Below, piece after piece: positions 32,338 through 42,323 of a stretch of 64,000 bases of DNA. The stretch is from Chloroflexota bacterium (GTDB lineage: Bacteria > Chloroflexota > Limnocylindria > Limnocylindrales > CSP1-4). A program made the position numbers and the translations under genes. Numbering within the stretch: position 1 is the first letter of the stretch; every line of letters begins with the position of its first letter. The stretch covers positions 12,810 to 76,809 of the forward strand of contig JAJYNJ010000054.1 of assembly GCA_021786385.1 (NCBI GenBank), given 5' to 3'. The notes beneath the pieces were generated by a model. The model was not told the origin of the DNA. It worked only from the letters and a program-made list of their open reading frames with translations, and made no database searches.

Positions 32338-33615
32338 GTGTTCGACGCCCTCATCAACGCCCTCCGTGCGCCGGACATCCGGCGGCGCATCCTGTTCGTG
32401 CTCGGGATGCTCATCATCGTGCGGGCGCTCGCGCACGTCCCCGTGCCGGGCGTCAACCGAGTGGCGCTGAACACCCTCTTCAACAACAACCAGCTGCTGG
32501 GTCTGCTCGACATCTTCTCGGGAGGCGGCCTGTCGTCGTTCTCGGTGATCGGCATGGGCGTCAACCCGTACATCAACGCCTCGATCATCATGACGCTGAT
32601 GCAGGGTGTGATCCCGAGCTTGCAGGCGCTGTCGCACGAGGGCGAGTACGGGCGCCAGAAGATCAACCAGTACACGCGCTACTTGACGGTGCCGTTGGCC
32701 CTCATCCAGGGCTACGGCTTCTTGGCGATCCTGAACAGCCAGGGCGTGCTCACCAGCTTCGACCTGGCCAGCTACATCACCGTCACCCAGATCATCTCGC
32801 TGACCGCCGGCACGATCCTGCTGATGTGGTTGGGCGAGCTGATCACGGAGAAGGGGATCGGCAACGGGGTCAGCTTCATTATCTTCGCGGGCATCGTGGG
32901 GCGTGTGCCGCTTGCCGTGGGCCGTTTCCTGGAGGCGCCCGACTGGGCGGCGGGCGTGGCGCTCGCCGTGGTCGGCATCATCGCGATCGCCGGCATCGTC
33001 TATATTCAGGAGGGCCAGCGCCGGATCCCCGTGCAGTACGCGAGCCGCGTGCGCGGACGCCGTCTCTACCAGGGGGGCTCCACGTTCCTGCCGTTGCGCG
33101 TGAACCAGGCCGGCGTCATCCCGATCATCTTCGCCGTCAGCATCATCCTCTTCCCGACCCAGATCGCGGCCTACTTCCAGTCCTCGCAGGTCAAGATCGT
33201 GGCCGACGTCTCGCGGGGGATTCAGAGCCTGCTCGGTGTCCAGAGCCCGCTGTACGCGGTGCTCTACTTCGTCCTGACCGTCGGGTTCACCTACTTCTAC
33301 ACCGCCTTCACGTTCAAGCCAGACGAGACCGCCGACCAGCTGCGCAAGAACGGCGGGTTCATCCCGGGCATCCGTCCCGGCAACCCCACACGGGACTACC
33401 TACAGGCGGTCGTGTTCCGGATCACCATCGCCGGCGCGCTCTTCTTGGGCATCGTGGCGGTGATGCCGTTCGTGCTCTCCCAGGCCTTCCCGAGCCTGCA
33501 GGGGATCGCCCTCGGCGGCACCGCACTCCTCATCGTGGTCTCGGTCGTAGTCGAGACGATGAAGCAGGTGGAGGCGCAGCTGATGATGCGCAACTACGAG
33601 GGGTTCATCCGGTGA
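32338..33615 (+). CDS. secY: Preprotein translocase subunit SecY
   Basis: PYINASII, GIGNGVS, IPGIRPG, GGTALLI. Confidence 0.99.
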   Translation: MFDALINALRAPDIRRRILFVLGMLIIVRALAHVPVPGVNRVALNTLFNNNQLLGLLDIFSGGGLSSFSVIGMGVNPYINASIIMTLMQGVIPSLQALSHEGEYGRQKINQYTRYLTVPLALIQGYGFLAILNSQGVLTSFDLASYITVTQIISLTAGTILLMWLGELITEKGIGNGVSFIIFAGIVGRVPLAVGRFLEAPDWAAGVALAVVGIIAIAGIVYIQEGQRRIPVQYASRVRGRRLYQGGSTFLPLRVNQAGVIPIIFAVSIILFPTQIAAYFQSSQVKIVADVSRGIQSLLGVQSPLYAVLYFVLTVGFTYFYTAFTFKPDETADQLRKNGGFIPGIRPGNPTRDYLQAVVFRITIAGALFLGIVAVMPFVLSQAFPSLQGIALGGTALLIVVSVVVETMKQVEAQLMMRNYEGFIR

Positions 33616-34289
33616 AGGTCTACGTGATGATCGGCGCCCCGGGCGCCGGCAAGGGGACCCAGGCGGCGATCCTCGCGCAGCGCCTGAGCCTGCTGCACGT
33701 GGCCTCGGGCGATCTGTTCCGCGACGCGGTCCGGAACGGCACTCCGCTGGGCCGCGAGGCCAGGCGCTACATGGACCGCGGTGCACTGGTGCCAGATCCG
33801 GTCGTGATCGGGATGATCGAGGAACGCCTGGACCAGCCCGACGCGGCGGCTGGCGTGATCTTGGACGGCTTTCCCCGCACCCGACCGCAGGCGGAGGCGC
33901 TCGACGCGGCGCTTGCCCAGCGCGGCGCGCGGGTGGATGCGGCGCTCTACGTGGGGGTCTCGGAGGAGGAACTGATCCGGCGTCTTTCGGCGCGCTGGGT
34001 CTGCCGGGCGGCGGGCCACCCGTACAACGAGCGCTCCCACCCGCCGCAGGTGCCGGGTGTCTGTGATCTCGATGGCTCGCAGCTCTACCAGCGCGACGAT
34101 GACCGACCCGAGACCGTGCGCGCGCGGCTCGCGCAGCAGTTGCCGCCGATGTACGAGGTCATCGACTACTACACGACGCAGGGGGTGCTCGTCGCCGTCG
34201 ACGGCGCGCAGCCGGTCGAGGCGGTGACGGAGGCGCTCCTCAGCGCGATCGCTCACCCCGCACGGCCCGGGCGGAGCGAGGCGGCATGA
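33612..34289 (+). CDS. adk: Adenylate kinase
   Basis: GAPGAGKGTQA, LDGFPRT, QRDDD; GTG overlaps secY stop. Confidence 0.97.
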   Translation: MKVYVMIGAPGAGKGTQAAILAQRLSLLHVASGDLFRDAVRNGTPLGREARRYMDRGALVPDPVVIGMIEERLDQPDAAAGVILDGFPRTRPQAEALDAALAQRGARVDAALYVGVSEEELIRRLSARWVCRAAGHPYNERSHPPQVPGVCDLDGSQLYQRDDDRPETVRARLAQQLPPMYEVIDYYTTQGVLVAVDGAQPVEAVTEALLSAIAHPARPGRSEAA

Positions 34290-35098
34290 TCGTGTCCGAG
34301 CGCCGCGTGACGCTCAAGTCCCGCAGCCAGATCGAGCAGATGCGCCGGGCGGGACGCCTGGTCGCCGACGTGCTCGACCGGCTCGGGGAAGCGCTGCGGC
34401 CCGGTATCACCACGGGGGACCTGGACCGCATCGCCGAGGAGATGATCCGCCGCAGCGGCGGTATCCCGTCGTTCATCGGCGTGCCGGGCCCCCGCGGCCC
34501 GTACCGGCACGCGATCTGCGTCTCGATCGACGACGAGGTGGTGCACGGCATCCCCGGTCGGCGGCGCATCGAGGAGGGCCATGTCGTCTCGATCGACGCC
34601 GGGGCGATCGTCGACGGGTGGCACGGGGACGCCGCCCGCACGTTCACCATCGGCCGGGTGCCGGCCGATGTGCGTCTGCTGGTCGACGAGACGCGGCGCG
34701 GCATGGACGCGGGGATCGCGGCCGCGCGGGTCGGCAGCACGATCGGGGATATCGCCGCGGCCGTGGAAGCGGTGGCCCTGGAGCACGGATACGGCGTGCT
34801 GCGCGAGTACGGTGGGCACGGCATCGGTACTGAGATGCACGAGGAACCGTTCGTGCCGAACTACCGCGGCGCCGGCCGCGGGCGCCGGCTCGAGCCGGGG
34901 ATGTGCCTGGCGATCGAGCCGATGTTTACGCTCGGCGGGCACGAGGTGCAGGTGCGGGACGACGGTTGGACCGTTGCCACCGCGGATGGGAGCGTCGCCG
35001 CGCACTGGGAGCACACCATCGCGATCCTGCCCGAGGGGCCCGAGATCCTGACGGTGAACGGTCGCGACCGGAGTTTGTTGGGGGAGGCAGGCGTCTGA
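34286..35098 (+). CDS. map: Methionine aminopeptidase type I
   Basis: VVHGIPG, HGDAART, GHGIG...HEEP, AIEPM, HWEHT. Confidence 0.97.
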   Translation: MIVSERRVTLKSRSQIEQMRRAGRLVADVLDRLGEALRPGITTGDLDRIAEEMIRRSGGIPSFIGVPGPRGPYRHAICVSIDDEVVHGIPGRRRIEEGHVVSIDAGAIVDGWHGDAARTFTIGRVPADVRLLVDETRRGMDAGIAAARVGSTIGDIAAAVEAVALEHGYGVLREYGGHGIGTEMHEEPFVPNYRGAGRGRRLEPGMCLAIEPMFTLGGHEVQVRDDGWTVATADGSVAAHWEHTIAILPEGPEILTVNGRDRSLLGEAGV

Positions 35099-35176
35099 TA
35101 CACTCAGCGTTCGTGTGCCGCGTCCGTATGACGTGGTGCCCGCAGATCACACTGATGAGGGGAACGACGGTAGCCT

Positions 35177-35395
35177 GTGGCTAAGAAGGACGCCATCGAG
35201 GTGGAGGGAACGGTCATCGAGCCGTTGCCCAACACGATGTTCGCCGTCGAGCTCGACAATGGGCATCGCGTCCTCGCCCACATCAGCGGCAAGCTGCGCA
35301 TGAACTTCATCCGCATCCTCCCGGGGGATCGGGTCCGCGTCGAGCTCTCGCCGTACGACCTTTCCCGCGGGCGCATCACCTATCGGCTCAAGTAG
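35177..35395 (+). CDS. infA: Translation initiation factor IF-1
   Basis: LPNTMF, AHISGK, SPYDL. Confidence 0.98.
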   Translation: MAKKDAIEVEGTVIEPLPNTMFAVELDNGHRVLAHISGKLRMNFIRILPGDRVRVELSPYDLSRGRITYRLK

Positions 35396-35410
35396 GCAGG
35401 TAACGCAATC

Positions 35411-35524
35411 GTGAAGGTCCGAGCGTCCGTCAAGACGCGCTGCGAGCGCTGCAAGATCATCCGCCGGCACGGGACGGTGATGGTCCTCTGCACCAATCCC
35501 AAGCACAAGCAGCGCCAAGGTTAG
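35411..35524 (+). CDS. rpmJ: 50S ribosomal protein L36
   Basis: Manual translation [37 protein letters not shown]. Confidence 0.97.
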   Translation: MKVRASVKTRCERCKIIRRHGTVMVLCTNPKHKQRQG

Positions 35525-35531
35525 GAGCGGC

Positions 35532-35903
35532 ATGGCACGCATCGCCGGCGTCGATCTCCCGCGCGAGAAGCGCGTCGAGGTGGCCTTGACGTACATCTAC
35601 GGGATCGGTCTCCCCACGAGCCAGATCATCCTCACCCAGGCGAACGTCAACCCCGACACCCGCGTCAGGGACCTGACCGAAGAGCAGGTCAACCGGTTGC
35701 GCGACATCATCGACCGGCGCTACAAGGTCGAGGGTGACCTCCGCCGGGAGGTCGCGCTCAACATCAAGCGGCTCCAGGAGATCGGCTCCTACCGGGGCCT
35801 GCGGCATCGCCGCAACCTGCCCGTCCGCGGGCAGCGCACCAAGACCAATGCCCGGCAGCGTCGCGGTCCCAAGAAGACCGTCGGCGTCCGCCGCAAGAAG
35901 TAG
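35532..35903 (+). CDS. rpsM: 30S ribosomal protein S13
   Basis: [25 protein letters not shown]. Confidence 0.98.
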   Translation: MARIAGVDLPREKRVEVALTYIYGIGLPTSQIILTQANVNPDTRVRDLTEEQVNRLRDIIDRRYKVEGDLRREVALNIKRLQEIGSYRGLRHRRNLPVRGQRTKTNARQRRGPKKTVGVRRKK

Positions 35904-35925
35904 CAGGAGCAGGAAGAACCCACGC

Positions 35926-36321
35926 ATGGCGGATCGCAAGCGCGCCACGAAGACCCGACGGCGCGAACGTAAGAATGTGCCGATCGGGCACGCGCACATC
36001 CAGGCCTCCTTCAACAACACGATCGTCACGATCACCGACCCTGCGGGCGCGACGGTCGCGTGGGGCAGCGCCGGTCTGGCGGGGTTCAAGGGTTCCCGCA
36101 AGAGCACCCCGTACGCGGCGGCGCTCAGTGCCGACGGTGCGGCCCGGCGGGCCCTGGAGCACGGCATGCGCCAGGTCGAGGTCTTCGTGAAGGGGCCGGG
36201 AGCCGGACGTGAACAGGCGATCCGCTCCCTGCAGGCCGCCGGGCTCGAGGTGACGGCCATCACCGACGTCACGCCCATCCCGCACAACGGTTGCCGCCCG
36301 CCCAAGCGGCGCCGGGTCTAG
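35926..36321 (+). CDS. rpsK: 30S ribosomal protein S11
   Basis: [26 protein letters not shown]. Confidence 0.98.
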   Translation: MADRKRATKTRRRERKNVPIGHAHIQASFNNTIVTITDPAGATVAWGSAGLAGFKGSRKSTPYAAALSADGAARRALEHGMRQVEVFVKGPGAGREQAIRSLQAAGLEVTAITDVTPIPHNGCRPPKRRRV

Positions 36322-36334
36322 CGGGAGCGCGCGC

Positions 36335-36961
36335 ATGGCCCGTTACCACGATCCTGTCTGCCGGCTCTGCCGGCGCGAGGGCACCAAGCTCTTCCTGAAG
36401 GGCACCCGCTGCTACACCAAGAAGTGCGCGGTGGAGCGCCGTCCGAGCCCGCCCGGCCAGCACGGCGTCCGCCGGCGCAAGATGTCGGACTTCGGCACGC
36501 ACCTGCGGGAGAAGCAGAAGTTCCGGCGGGTCTATTCGGTGATGGAGCGCCAGTTCAAGGAGTACTTCGCGCTGGCGCGCTCTCGCCCCGGGGTGACCGG
36601 CGAGAACCTCCTCCGGCTGCTCGAGCTGCGGCTCGACAACGTCGTGTACCGCATGGGCTTCGCCAACAGCCGCCCTATGGCGCGGCAGCTCGTCAACCAC
36701 GGGCACTTCGCAGTGAACGGCGTGCCGACCAATATCCCGTCGTACCAGCTACGACCGGGCGATCGGATCGAGGTCCGCGAGGGCAGCCGATCGCTGGATC
36801 CGTTCAAGAACGCCCGCACGCAGATGGGCGCCGCGCCACGGCCGGAGTGGCTGACCGTGGACCCCGAGCGGTTGAGCGGCACCGTTGCCGCCCTGCCGCG
36901 CCGCGACCAGATGCCGCTCGAGCTCAACGAGCAGCTCGTGGTCGAGTACTACTCGAGGTAG
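36335..36961 (+). CDS. rpsD: 30S ribosomal protein S4 (Zn-type)
   Basis: [26 protein letters not shown]. Confidence 0.98.
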   Translation: MARYHDPVCRLCRREGTKLFLKGTRCYTKKCAVERRPSPPGQHGVRRRKMSDFGTHLREKQKFRRVYSVMERQFKEYFALARSRPGVTGENLLRLLELRLDNVVYRMGFANSRPMARQLVNHGHFAVNGVPTNIPSYQLRPGDRIEVREGSRSLDPFKNARTQMGAAPRPEWLTVDPERLSGTVAALPRRDQMPLELNEQLVVEYYSR

Positions 36962-36971
36962 GTCGTCGCCG

Positions 36972-38039
36972 ATGATGCAACTGGAGACGCCCCAGATCGA
37001 ATCGATCGAGCAGCTGGGGTCGTCCTATGCCAAGTTCGAGGCCGGCCCGCTGCCGGCAGGTTATGGCGTCACGCTCGGCAACGCGCTCCGCCGCGTGCTG
37101 CTCTCGTCGCTGGAAGGCGCCGCGGTCACGGCCATCCAGATCCGCGACGTGTACCACGAATTCAGCACGATCCCGGGCGTCAAGGAAGACGTCACGCAGA
37201 TCGTCCTGAACGTGAAGAAGCTGCGCCTCAAGACCTACTCGCCCGATCACCCGGTCCAGCTCAAGCTGGTCAAGACCGGTGCTGGGGAGGTCACGGCAGC
37301 GGACATCACGCCGTCGGCCGAGGTCGAGATCATCAATCCGGAACTGCACCTCATGACGCTCGATTCAGGCGACGTGACGGTCGAGATGGACCTCACTGTG
37401 GAGTCCGGCATCGGGTACTTGGGTGCGGAGCGGACGGAGCCACTGCCGATCGGCGTGATCCCCGTCGATGCAATCTTCTCGCCGGTGCGCAAGGTGAACT
37501 ACACCGTCGAGCCGGTCCGCGTCGGTCAGATGACCAACTACGACAAGCTGACCCTCGAGATCGAGACCGACGGGTCCATCTCGCCCGAGGAATCCCTCTC
37601 GCGGGCGGCTGAGATCTTGGTGCGGCACTTCAGCCTCTTCACCACGGCCGGCAAGCAGCTGGGGGCCGGTGGCGTGGGCAGCGGGACGACCCCGCAACTC
37701 CCCGCCAACATGCTGGAGATGCCGATCGAGGAGCTCGACCTGCCGATGCGGGCATACAACTCGCTGAAGCGGAACAACATCGTCAAGGTCGGGCAGCTGC
37801 TCCAGCTCTCCGACGAGGACCTGCTCCGCATGCGGAACTTCGGGAAGAAGTCGCTCGACGAGATGAAGGAGCGCCTGCGCATGCGGGGCTTCGTGCTGCC
37901 GGGCGACGACCAGACGGGCGCCGGCGAAGCCCCTGGACCAGATGACGAGCTCCCCGATGATGCGGACGACCTCGACGAGCTTGACGGCGGCGACGACGGC
38001 GACGGCGACGAGAGCGTGCCGTCCGGCACGGAGGCCTGA
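36972..38039 (+). CDS. rpoA: RNA polymerase subunit alpha with acidic tail
   Basis: GVTLGNALRRVLLSS, DAIFSPV, NFGKKSL. Confidence 0.98.
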   Translation: MMQLETPQIESIEQLGSSYAKFEAGPLPAGYGVTLGNALRRVLLSSLEGAAVTAIQIRDVYHEFSTIPGVKEDVTQIVLNVKKLRLKTYSPDHPVQLKLVKTGAGEVTAADITPSAEVEIINPELHLMTLDSGDVTVEMDLTVESGIGYLGAERTEPLPIGVIPVDAIFSPVRKVNYTVEPVRVGQMTNYDKLTLEIETDGSISPEESLSRAAEILVRHFSLFTTAGKQLGAGGVGSGTTPQLPANMLEMPIEELDLPMRAYNSLKRNNIVKVGQLLQLSDEDLLRMRNFGKKSLDEMKERLRMRGFVLPGDDQTGAGEAPGPDDELPDDADDLDELDGGDDGDGDESVPSGTEA

Positions 38040-38042
38040 GCG

Positions 38043-38396
38043 ATGGCGCACCGCGTGGATGGGCGCAAGCTCGGCCGCAAGCAGGGCCCGCGCCTGGCGC
38101 TGTACCGCAACCTGGTGGTGTCGGTCCTGCGCTACGAACAGGTGCGCACCACCGAGGCGAAGGCCAAGGAGGTGCGTGGGCAGGTCGACCATATCATCTC
38201 GCTCGCGCGCGACGGTTCGCTGAACGCGCGGCGGCAGGTAGTTGCGCAGCTTCCGGACGAGCCGCTCGTGATCGACAAACTCTTCAACGAGATCGCGCCG
38301 AAGTATGCCGACCGGACGTCGGGGTTCACGCGGATCGTGCGGCTCGGACAACGGGCCGGCGACGCCGCGCCCATCGTCCAGATCGAGCTCGTCTGA
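38043..38396 (+). CDS. rplQ: 50S ribosomal protein L17
   Basis: TTEAKAKE, GFTRI, RAGDAA. Confidence 0.97.
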   Translation: MAHRVDGRKLGRKQGPRLALYRNLVVSVLRYEQVRTTEAKAKEVRGQVDHIISLARDGSLNARRQVVAQLPDEPLVIDKLFNEIAPKYADRTSGFTRIVRLGQRAGDAAPIVQIELV

Positions 38397-38457
38397 GGCG
38401 CCGATGGCAGTGACCGGCCGCAGGGCCGGTCGAAGTCCCGCCCGAGAGGGCGGCCCC

Positions 38458-39231
38458 GTGCGCTATCGGGCACGGGTCGAATATGACGGGACGGACTTCG
38501 CCGGGTTCCAGGTACAGCCTGGTCGGCGGACCGTCCAGGGGGAGCTGGAGACGGCTCTCGCGCGTCTCTCCGGCGGACGCCGGGTACGCGTGGTGGCCGC
38601 CGGCCGGACGGATGCCGGAGTTCACGCGACGGGTCAGGTGATCGCATTCACCTATCCCGGCCGTCTTCCGGCGGCAGAGCTCGAGCGCGCGCTCGCGGCG
38701 ATCCTCCCGGCCGACATCGGACTGCACGGCCTGCGCCGGGCGGCCCGGGGCTTCCATCCCCGTTACGCGGCGCGGTACCGGGAATACCGCTACACCGTCT
38801 GGAACGGGCCGCGGAGCCCGCTTCGCGAGCGGTTCGCGCTCGGGGTGCGGGACCCTTTGGACGTCGCGGCGATGACCGAGGCGGCGTCGGTTCTGGTGGG
38901 CCGACACGACTTCTCGGCCTTCGGCGCGGCGGAACGACAACCGATCCGGACCATCCACTGGATCCGGATCCGCAGGAGCGGGCACCAGGTGACGATCGAC
39001 GTCGCCGCGGACGCGTTCCTGCGCCAGATGGTGCGAAGCATCGTGGCGGCGCTTCTCCGCGCAGGACGCGGGGAGATCGCTGGCGGCGAGATCGCCGAGG
39101 CCCTCGGGCGCGGCGGACGAGCCTTTCACGGCGCGGTGGCGCCGCCACACGGGCTGTGCCTCCGGCGCGTCGTCTACGACGGGCCGGCTCGACGGACGGA
39201 GAAGGATGACGACGAAGACGTATACGCCTAG
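38458..39231 (+). CDS. truA: tRNA pseudouridine(38-40) synthase (alternative start 38404)
   Basis: [34 protein letters not shown]. Confidence 0.95.
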   Translation: MRYRARVEYDGTDFAGFQVQPGRRTVQGELETALARLSGGRRVRVVAAGRTDAGVHATGQVIAFTYPGRLPAAELERALAAILPADIGLHGLRRAARGFHPRYAARYREYRYTVWNGPRSPLRERFALGVRDPLDVAAMTEAASVLVGRHDFSAFGAAERQPIRTIHWIRIRRSGHQVTIDVAADAFLRQMVRSIVAALLRAGRGEIAGGEIAEALGRGGRAFHGAVAPPHGLCLRRVVYDGPARRTEKDDDEDVYA

Positions 39232-39637
39232 CGAGAAGGAGATCGAGCGCCACTGGTTCGTGGTCGACGCGACCGACCAGACGCTCGGCCGCCTGGCGTC
39301 GCGCGTGGCGCGCGTCCTCGAGGGCAAGCACAAGCCGACCTACGCCACGCACCTCGACAGCGGCGATCACGTGATCGTGGTGAACGCCGCCCGTGTCGCC
39401 GTGACCCGCGACAAGCGGGCGTCGAAGGTGTACACGCGGCACAGCGGGTATCCTCACGGCCTGCGGCAGGAGACGCTCGGCGAGCTCCTGGCGCGTCGGC
39501 CCGAAGAGGCGATCCGCCGTGCCGTCAAGGGCATGTTGCCGCGCAATCGCCTGGGTGCGCAGCAGCTGCGGAAGCTCAAGGTGTACGCGGGTGCCGAGCA
39601 CCCGCACCAGGCGCAGCGACCCGAGCCGCTCGCCTGA
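39206..39637 (+). CDS. rplM: 50S ribosomal protein L13
   Basis: LGRLAS, GKHKP, VKGMLP. Confidence 0.98.
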   Translation: MTTKTYTPSEKEIERHWFVVDATDQTLGRLASRVARVLEGKHKPTYATHLDSGDHVIVVNAARVAVTRDKRASKVYTRHSGYPHGLRQETLGELLARRPEEAIRRAVKGMLPRNRLGAQQLRKLKVYAGAEHPHQAQRPEPLA

Positions 39638-39654
39638 ATGGAGACCAGGACCGC

Positions 39655-40056
39655 ATGACCACCAACGCTGCCTTCTACTACGGAACCGGTCGTCGCAAGA
39701 CCAGTGTCGCCCGCGTCCGGCTCATCCCCGGTGAGGGCGAGATCGTCGTCAACGGCCGCAGCCTCGATGAGCACTTCGGCAACGCGATCAACCAGTCGGA
39801 GATCCTGATGCCGTTCCGGGTCACCGGCACCGAGGGCCGCTACAACGCGATGGTGAAGGTCGAAGGTGGCGGGTACCAGGGGCAGGCGGGGGCGATCCGC
39901 CACGGCATCGCCCGGGCCCTCCTGCAGTCGGATCCCGAGACGACCCGCGTCCCGCTCCGTCAGGCCGGACTGTTGACGCGCGACCCGCGGATGAAGGAAC
40001 GCAAGAAGTACGGGCTGAAGCGCGCCCGAAAGGCGCCGCAGTACACGAAGCGCTGA
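39655..40056 (+). CDS. rpsI: 30S ribosomal protein S9
   Basis: [20 protein letters not shown]. Confidence 0.98.
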   Translation: MTTNAAFYYGTGRRKTSVARVRLIPGEGEIVVNGRSLDEHFGNAINQSEILMPFRVTGTEGRYNAMVKVEGGGYQGQAGAIRHGIARALLQSDPETTRVPLRQAGLLTRDPRMKERKKYGLKRARKAPQYTKR

Positions 40057-40151
40057 GCGCACCGCGCTGGCGCCGCTGAGGCGCCACGCTCGATGGCGCA
40101 GCGCGGCCGGGCGGCGTGCGTGGGCGTCCGCGGTGTGCGACGCTTAGACGG

Positions 40152-41324
40152 ATGCCGGATCCGATCTTCGAGCGGTACAAGGAAGCGCTGCGGGCCGGAC
40201 ACGTCGCGGCCCTGCGGGGGCGGCCGGACGACGCGCTGGCGCAGTACCGTCTGGCCGCATCGATCGCGCCGGACCGCGCGCTGCCCTACGTGAGCATGGC
40301 CGAGGTCCTGCTGCGACTGGGACAGGCTGACGAGGCGCTGGCGGCGTGCCGCATGGCGTTGGATCGCGCGAGCGGCGACGAGGGGGCGCTCGCGCTGGGG
40401 GCTCGTCTCCATGCTGTGGCGGGCCGCGCTGCCGAGGCGGCGGCGCTGCTCGATCGGCTGGCGGACGTGTACGTCGCTGCGGGCCGAGCCGGTGAGGCCT
40501 ACGCTGCGGCGGTGGCGGCCCGCGATCTGGACCCCAGCGAGGGACGAGACCGACGGGTCGCGGATCTGGAGGTCGTCGCGGGCGCCAGCCGCGGCATGCT
40601 GCCGGCGAGTCTCCGATGGACCGCGGGCGTGACTCCGCCCGGGGTGATCGCGGCCAAGACAGCCGCGACCGGCGAGTCCGGTTCCGCCGTGGTACCCGCC
40701 GCGGCCACGGAGCCGGAAGCTCCCCAGCCGTCGTCCGCACCCGCGTCGCCGGCGGAGCTCGTCCCCCCGGCGGAGCTCGTCCCCGCGGCGGAGATCGTCC
40801 CGACTCCGGAGCTCGTCCCCGCGGCGGAGATCGTGCCGACTCCGGAGCTCGTCCCCGCGGCGGAGGTCGCGCCCTCCGCGGCACCCACGGCGGAAACCGA
40901 ACGCTCCATGCCCGGGGCACTGGCGCGTACCGAGCCGGATCAGGGAGCGTCGCGCGACGCACTGCCGCCTGCCCGCCTCGATCCCGAGGCGGCCTACCTC
41001 GCCGCCGAAGAGCTGGTCGGCGGCGGCGACCTCCGCGGCGCCGCGCGGCTCTACGTCGAAGCTGCCGCTGCGTACCTCGCACTGGGGGCGGCCGACACGG
41101 CGGTGGACGCATGCCTCCGCGCCCTCTCAGGCGCGCCGGACGACACCGAGGTCCACCTGACGCTCGCGCGGATCCACGCCGCGACCGGGCACCCCGAACG
41201 CGCACGCGAGAAGCTCGAGCTGCTCGAGCGCCTGCTCACGCTCGACGGAGATGCCACGCGACTGGCGCGCCTGGCCGCAGTGCGGCGCGATCTCCTGGGG
41301 ATGCCGGGAGCCGACGCGCGCTAG
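40152..41324 (+). CDS. Tetratricopeptide-repeat protein: two TPR blocks joined by a Pro/Ala repeat linker
   Basis: Helical TPR patterns (ALAQYRLAASIAPD, LAEVLLRLG, CLRALSGAPDD, LARIHAATG). Confidence 0.7.
   Translation: MPDPIFERYKEALRAGHVAALRGRPDDALAQYRLAASIAPDRALPYVSMAEVLLRLGQADEALAACRMALDRASGDEGALALGARLHAVAGRAAEAAALLDRLADVYVAAGRAGEAYAAAVAARDLDPSEGRDRRVADLEVVAGASRGMLPASLRWTAGVTPPGVIAAKTAATGESGSAVVPAAATEPEAPQPSSAPASPAELVPPAELVPAAEIVPTPELVPAAEIVPTPELVPAAEVAPSAAPTAETERSMPGALARTEPDQGASRDALPPARLDPEAAYLAAEELVGGGDLRGAARLYVEAAAAYLALGAADTAVDACLRALSGAPDDTEVHLTLARIHAATGHPERAREKLELLERLLTLDGDATRLARLAAVRRDLLGMPGADAR
40752..40877 (+). repeat. In-frame 18-bp tandem repeat, ~7 units, with 36-bp higher-order period
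   Basis: gcggagctcgtcccc(c/g)cg, gcggagatcgt(c/g)ccgact, ccggagctcgtccccgcg; encodes (A/P)E(L/I)VP(A/P/T). Confidence 0.9.
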
Positions 41325-41366
41325 CTGAAGCCGGCCCGCAGGGGCCCGCTGCTACACTAGCCAGCG

Positions 41367-42323
41367 ATGCAGCAACTCGTCGACCTGCTCTCGGGGATCC
41401 AGCCGAAGCCGACGACGTTCATCGACATCGGTCTCACGGCCCTGCTGATCTACGGGTTCTTCAGCCTGATCCGCGACACCCGCGCCGTGCGTCTCGTGAT
41501 CGGCGTCACGCTCCTGTACGGCGTGTACGTCCTGGCCCAGGTGCTCGGCCTCCAGCTGCTCTCCCAGATCCTCCAGGCCACCGCCGTGGTGGGCCTCTTC
41601 GCGCTCGTCGTGGTCTTCCAGCCCGAGCTGCGGCGGGCGCTCGAGCGGCTCGGCCACGTCGGGTCGCTGGGCTGGCTCCTCGCGCCCGGCCAGCAGGGCG
41701 CCATCGAGCACGTCGCGGCCGAGATCGCCCACGCCGCCTCGGGGTTCGCCCAGGACCGCCACGGCGCGCTGATCGTCCTCGAGCGCGAGACCGGACTCGA
41801 GGACTTCGCCGAGAGCGGCGTCATGATGCACGCCGACCTCTCAGCGGAGCTGCTCCGTACCGTCTTCATGCCCCGTTCGCCGCTCCACGATGGTGCGGTG
41901 ATCGTCCGCGGAGACCGTATCTTGGCCGCCGGGGCCGTGCTCCCCTTGGCCGAGCCGGCGCCCGGCGATGAACGCTTCGGCACCCGGCACCGCGCCGCGT
42001 TCGGCATCACTCAGGAGACGGACGCCCTCGTCGTGGTGGTGAGCGAAGAGACCGGGTCGATCAGCCTGGTCGAGCGGGGACGCATCGTGCGCGACCTCGA
42101 CGAGGAACAGCTGCGGGTCGCCCTCGTCACGCTGCTGCGGCTGGATGCGTCGCTCCGCTCGAGTGCCGACGATTGGGGCAGGGGCCCGGCGTTGCGGCCG
42201 CGCTTCCATCGGCCGACCCGTACCTGGCCGCACGGCGGCATCCGGCGCCACTTCGGACGTGGCGGGTCGAAGCCCGGCGCAGCCGCAGGGGCCGCCGCAG
42301 CCGGGCGGCCTGATCGGACGTGA
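41367..42323 (+). CDS. cdaA: Diadenylate cyclase CdaA (3 TM + DAC domain)
   Basis: VFQPELRRALE, PLHDGAV, GTRHRAA, VSEETG. Confidence 0.95.
   Translation: MQQLVDLLSGIQPKPTTFIDIGLTALLIYGFFSLIRDTRAVRLVIGVTLLYGVYVLAQVLGLQLLSQILQATAVVGLFALVVVFQPELRRALERLGHVGSLGWLLAPGQQGAIEHVAAEIAHAASGFAQDRHGALIVLERETGLEDFAESGVMMHADLSAELLRTVFMPRSPLHDGAVIVRGDRILAAGAVLPLAEPAPGDERFGTRHRAAFGITQETDALVVVVSEETGSISLVERGRIVRDLDEEQLRVALVTLLRLDASLRSSADDWGRGPALRPRFHRPTRTWPHGGIRRHFGRGGSKPGAAAGAAAAGRPDRT

Noticed and set aside
40752-40877. Possible CRISPR-like array
   Set aside because: Contiguous in-frame 18-bp units with no spacers and no cas genes; a coding VNTR
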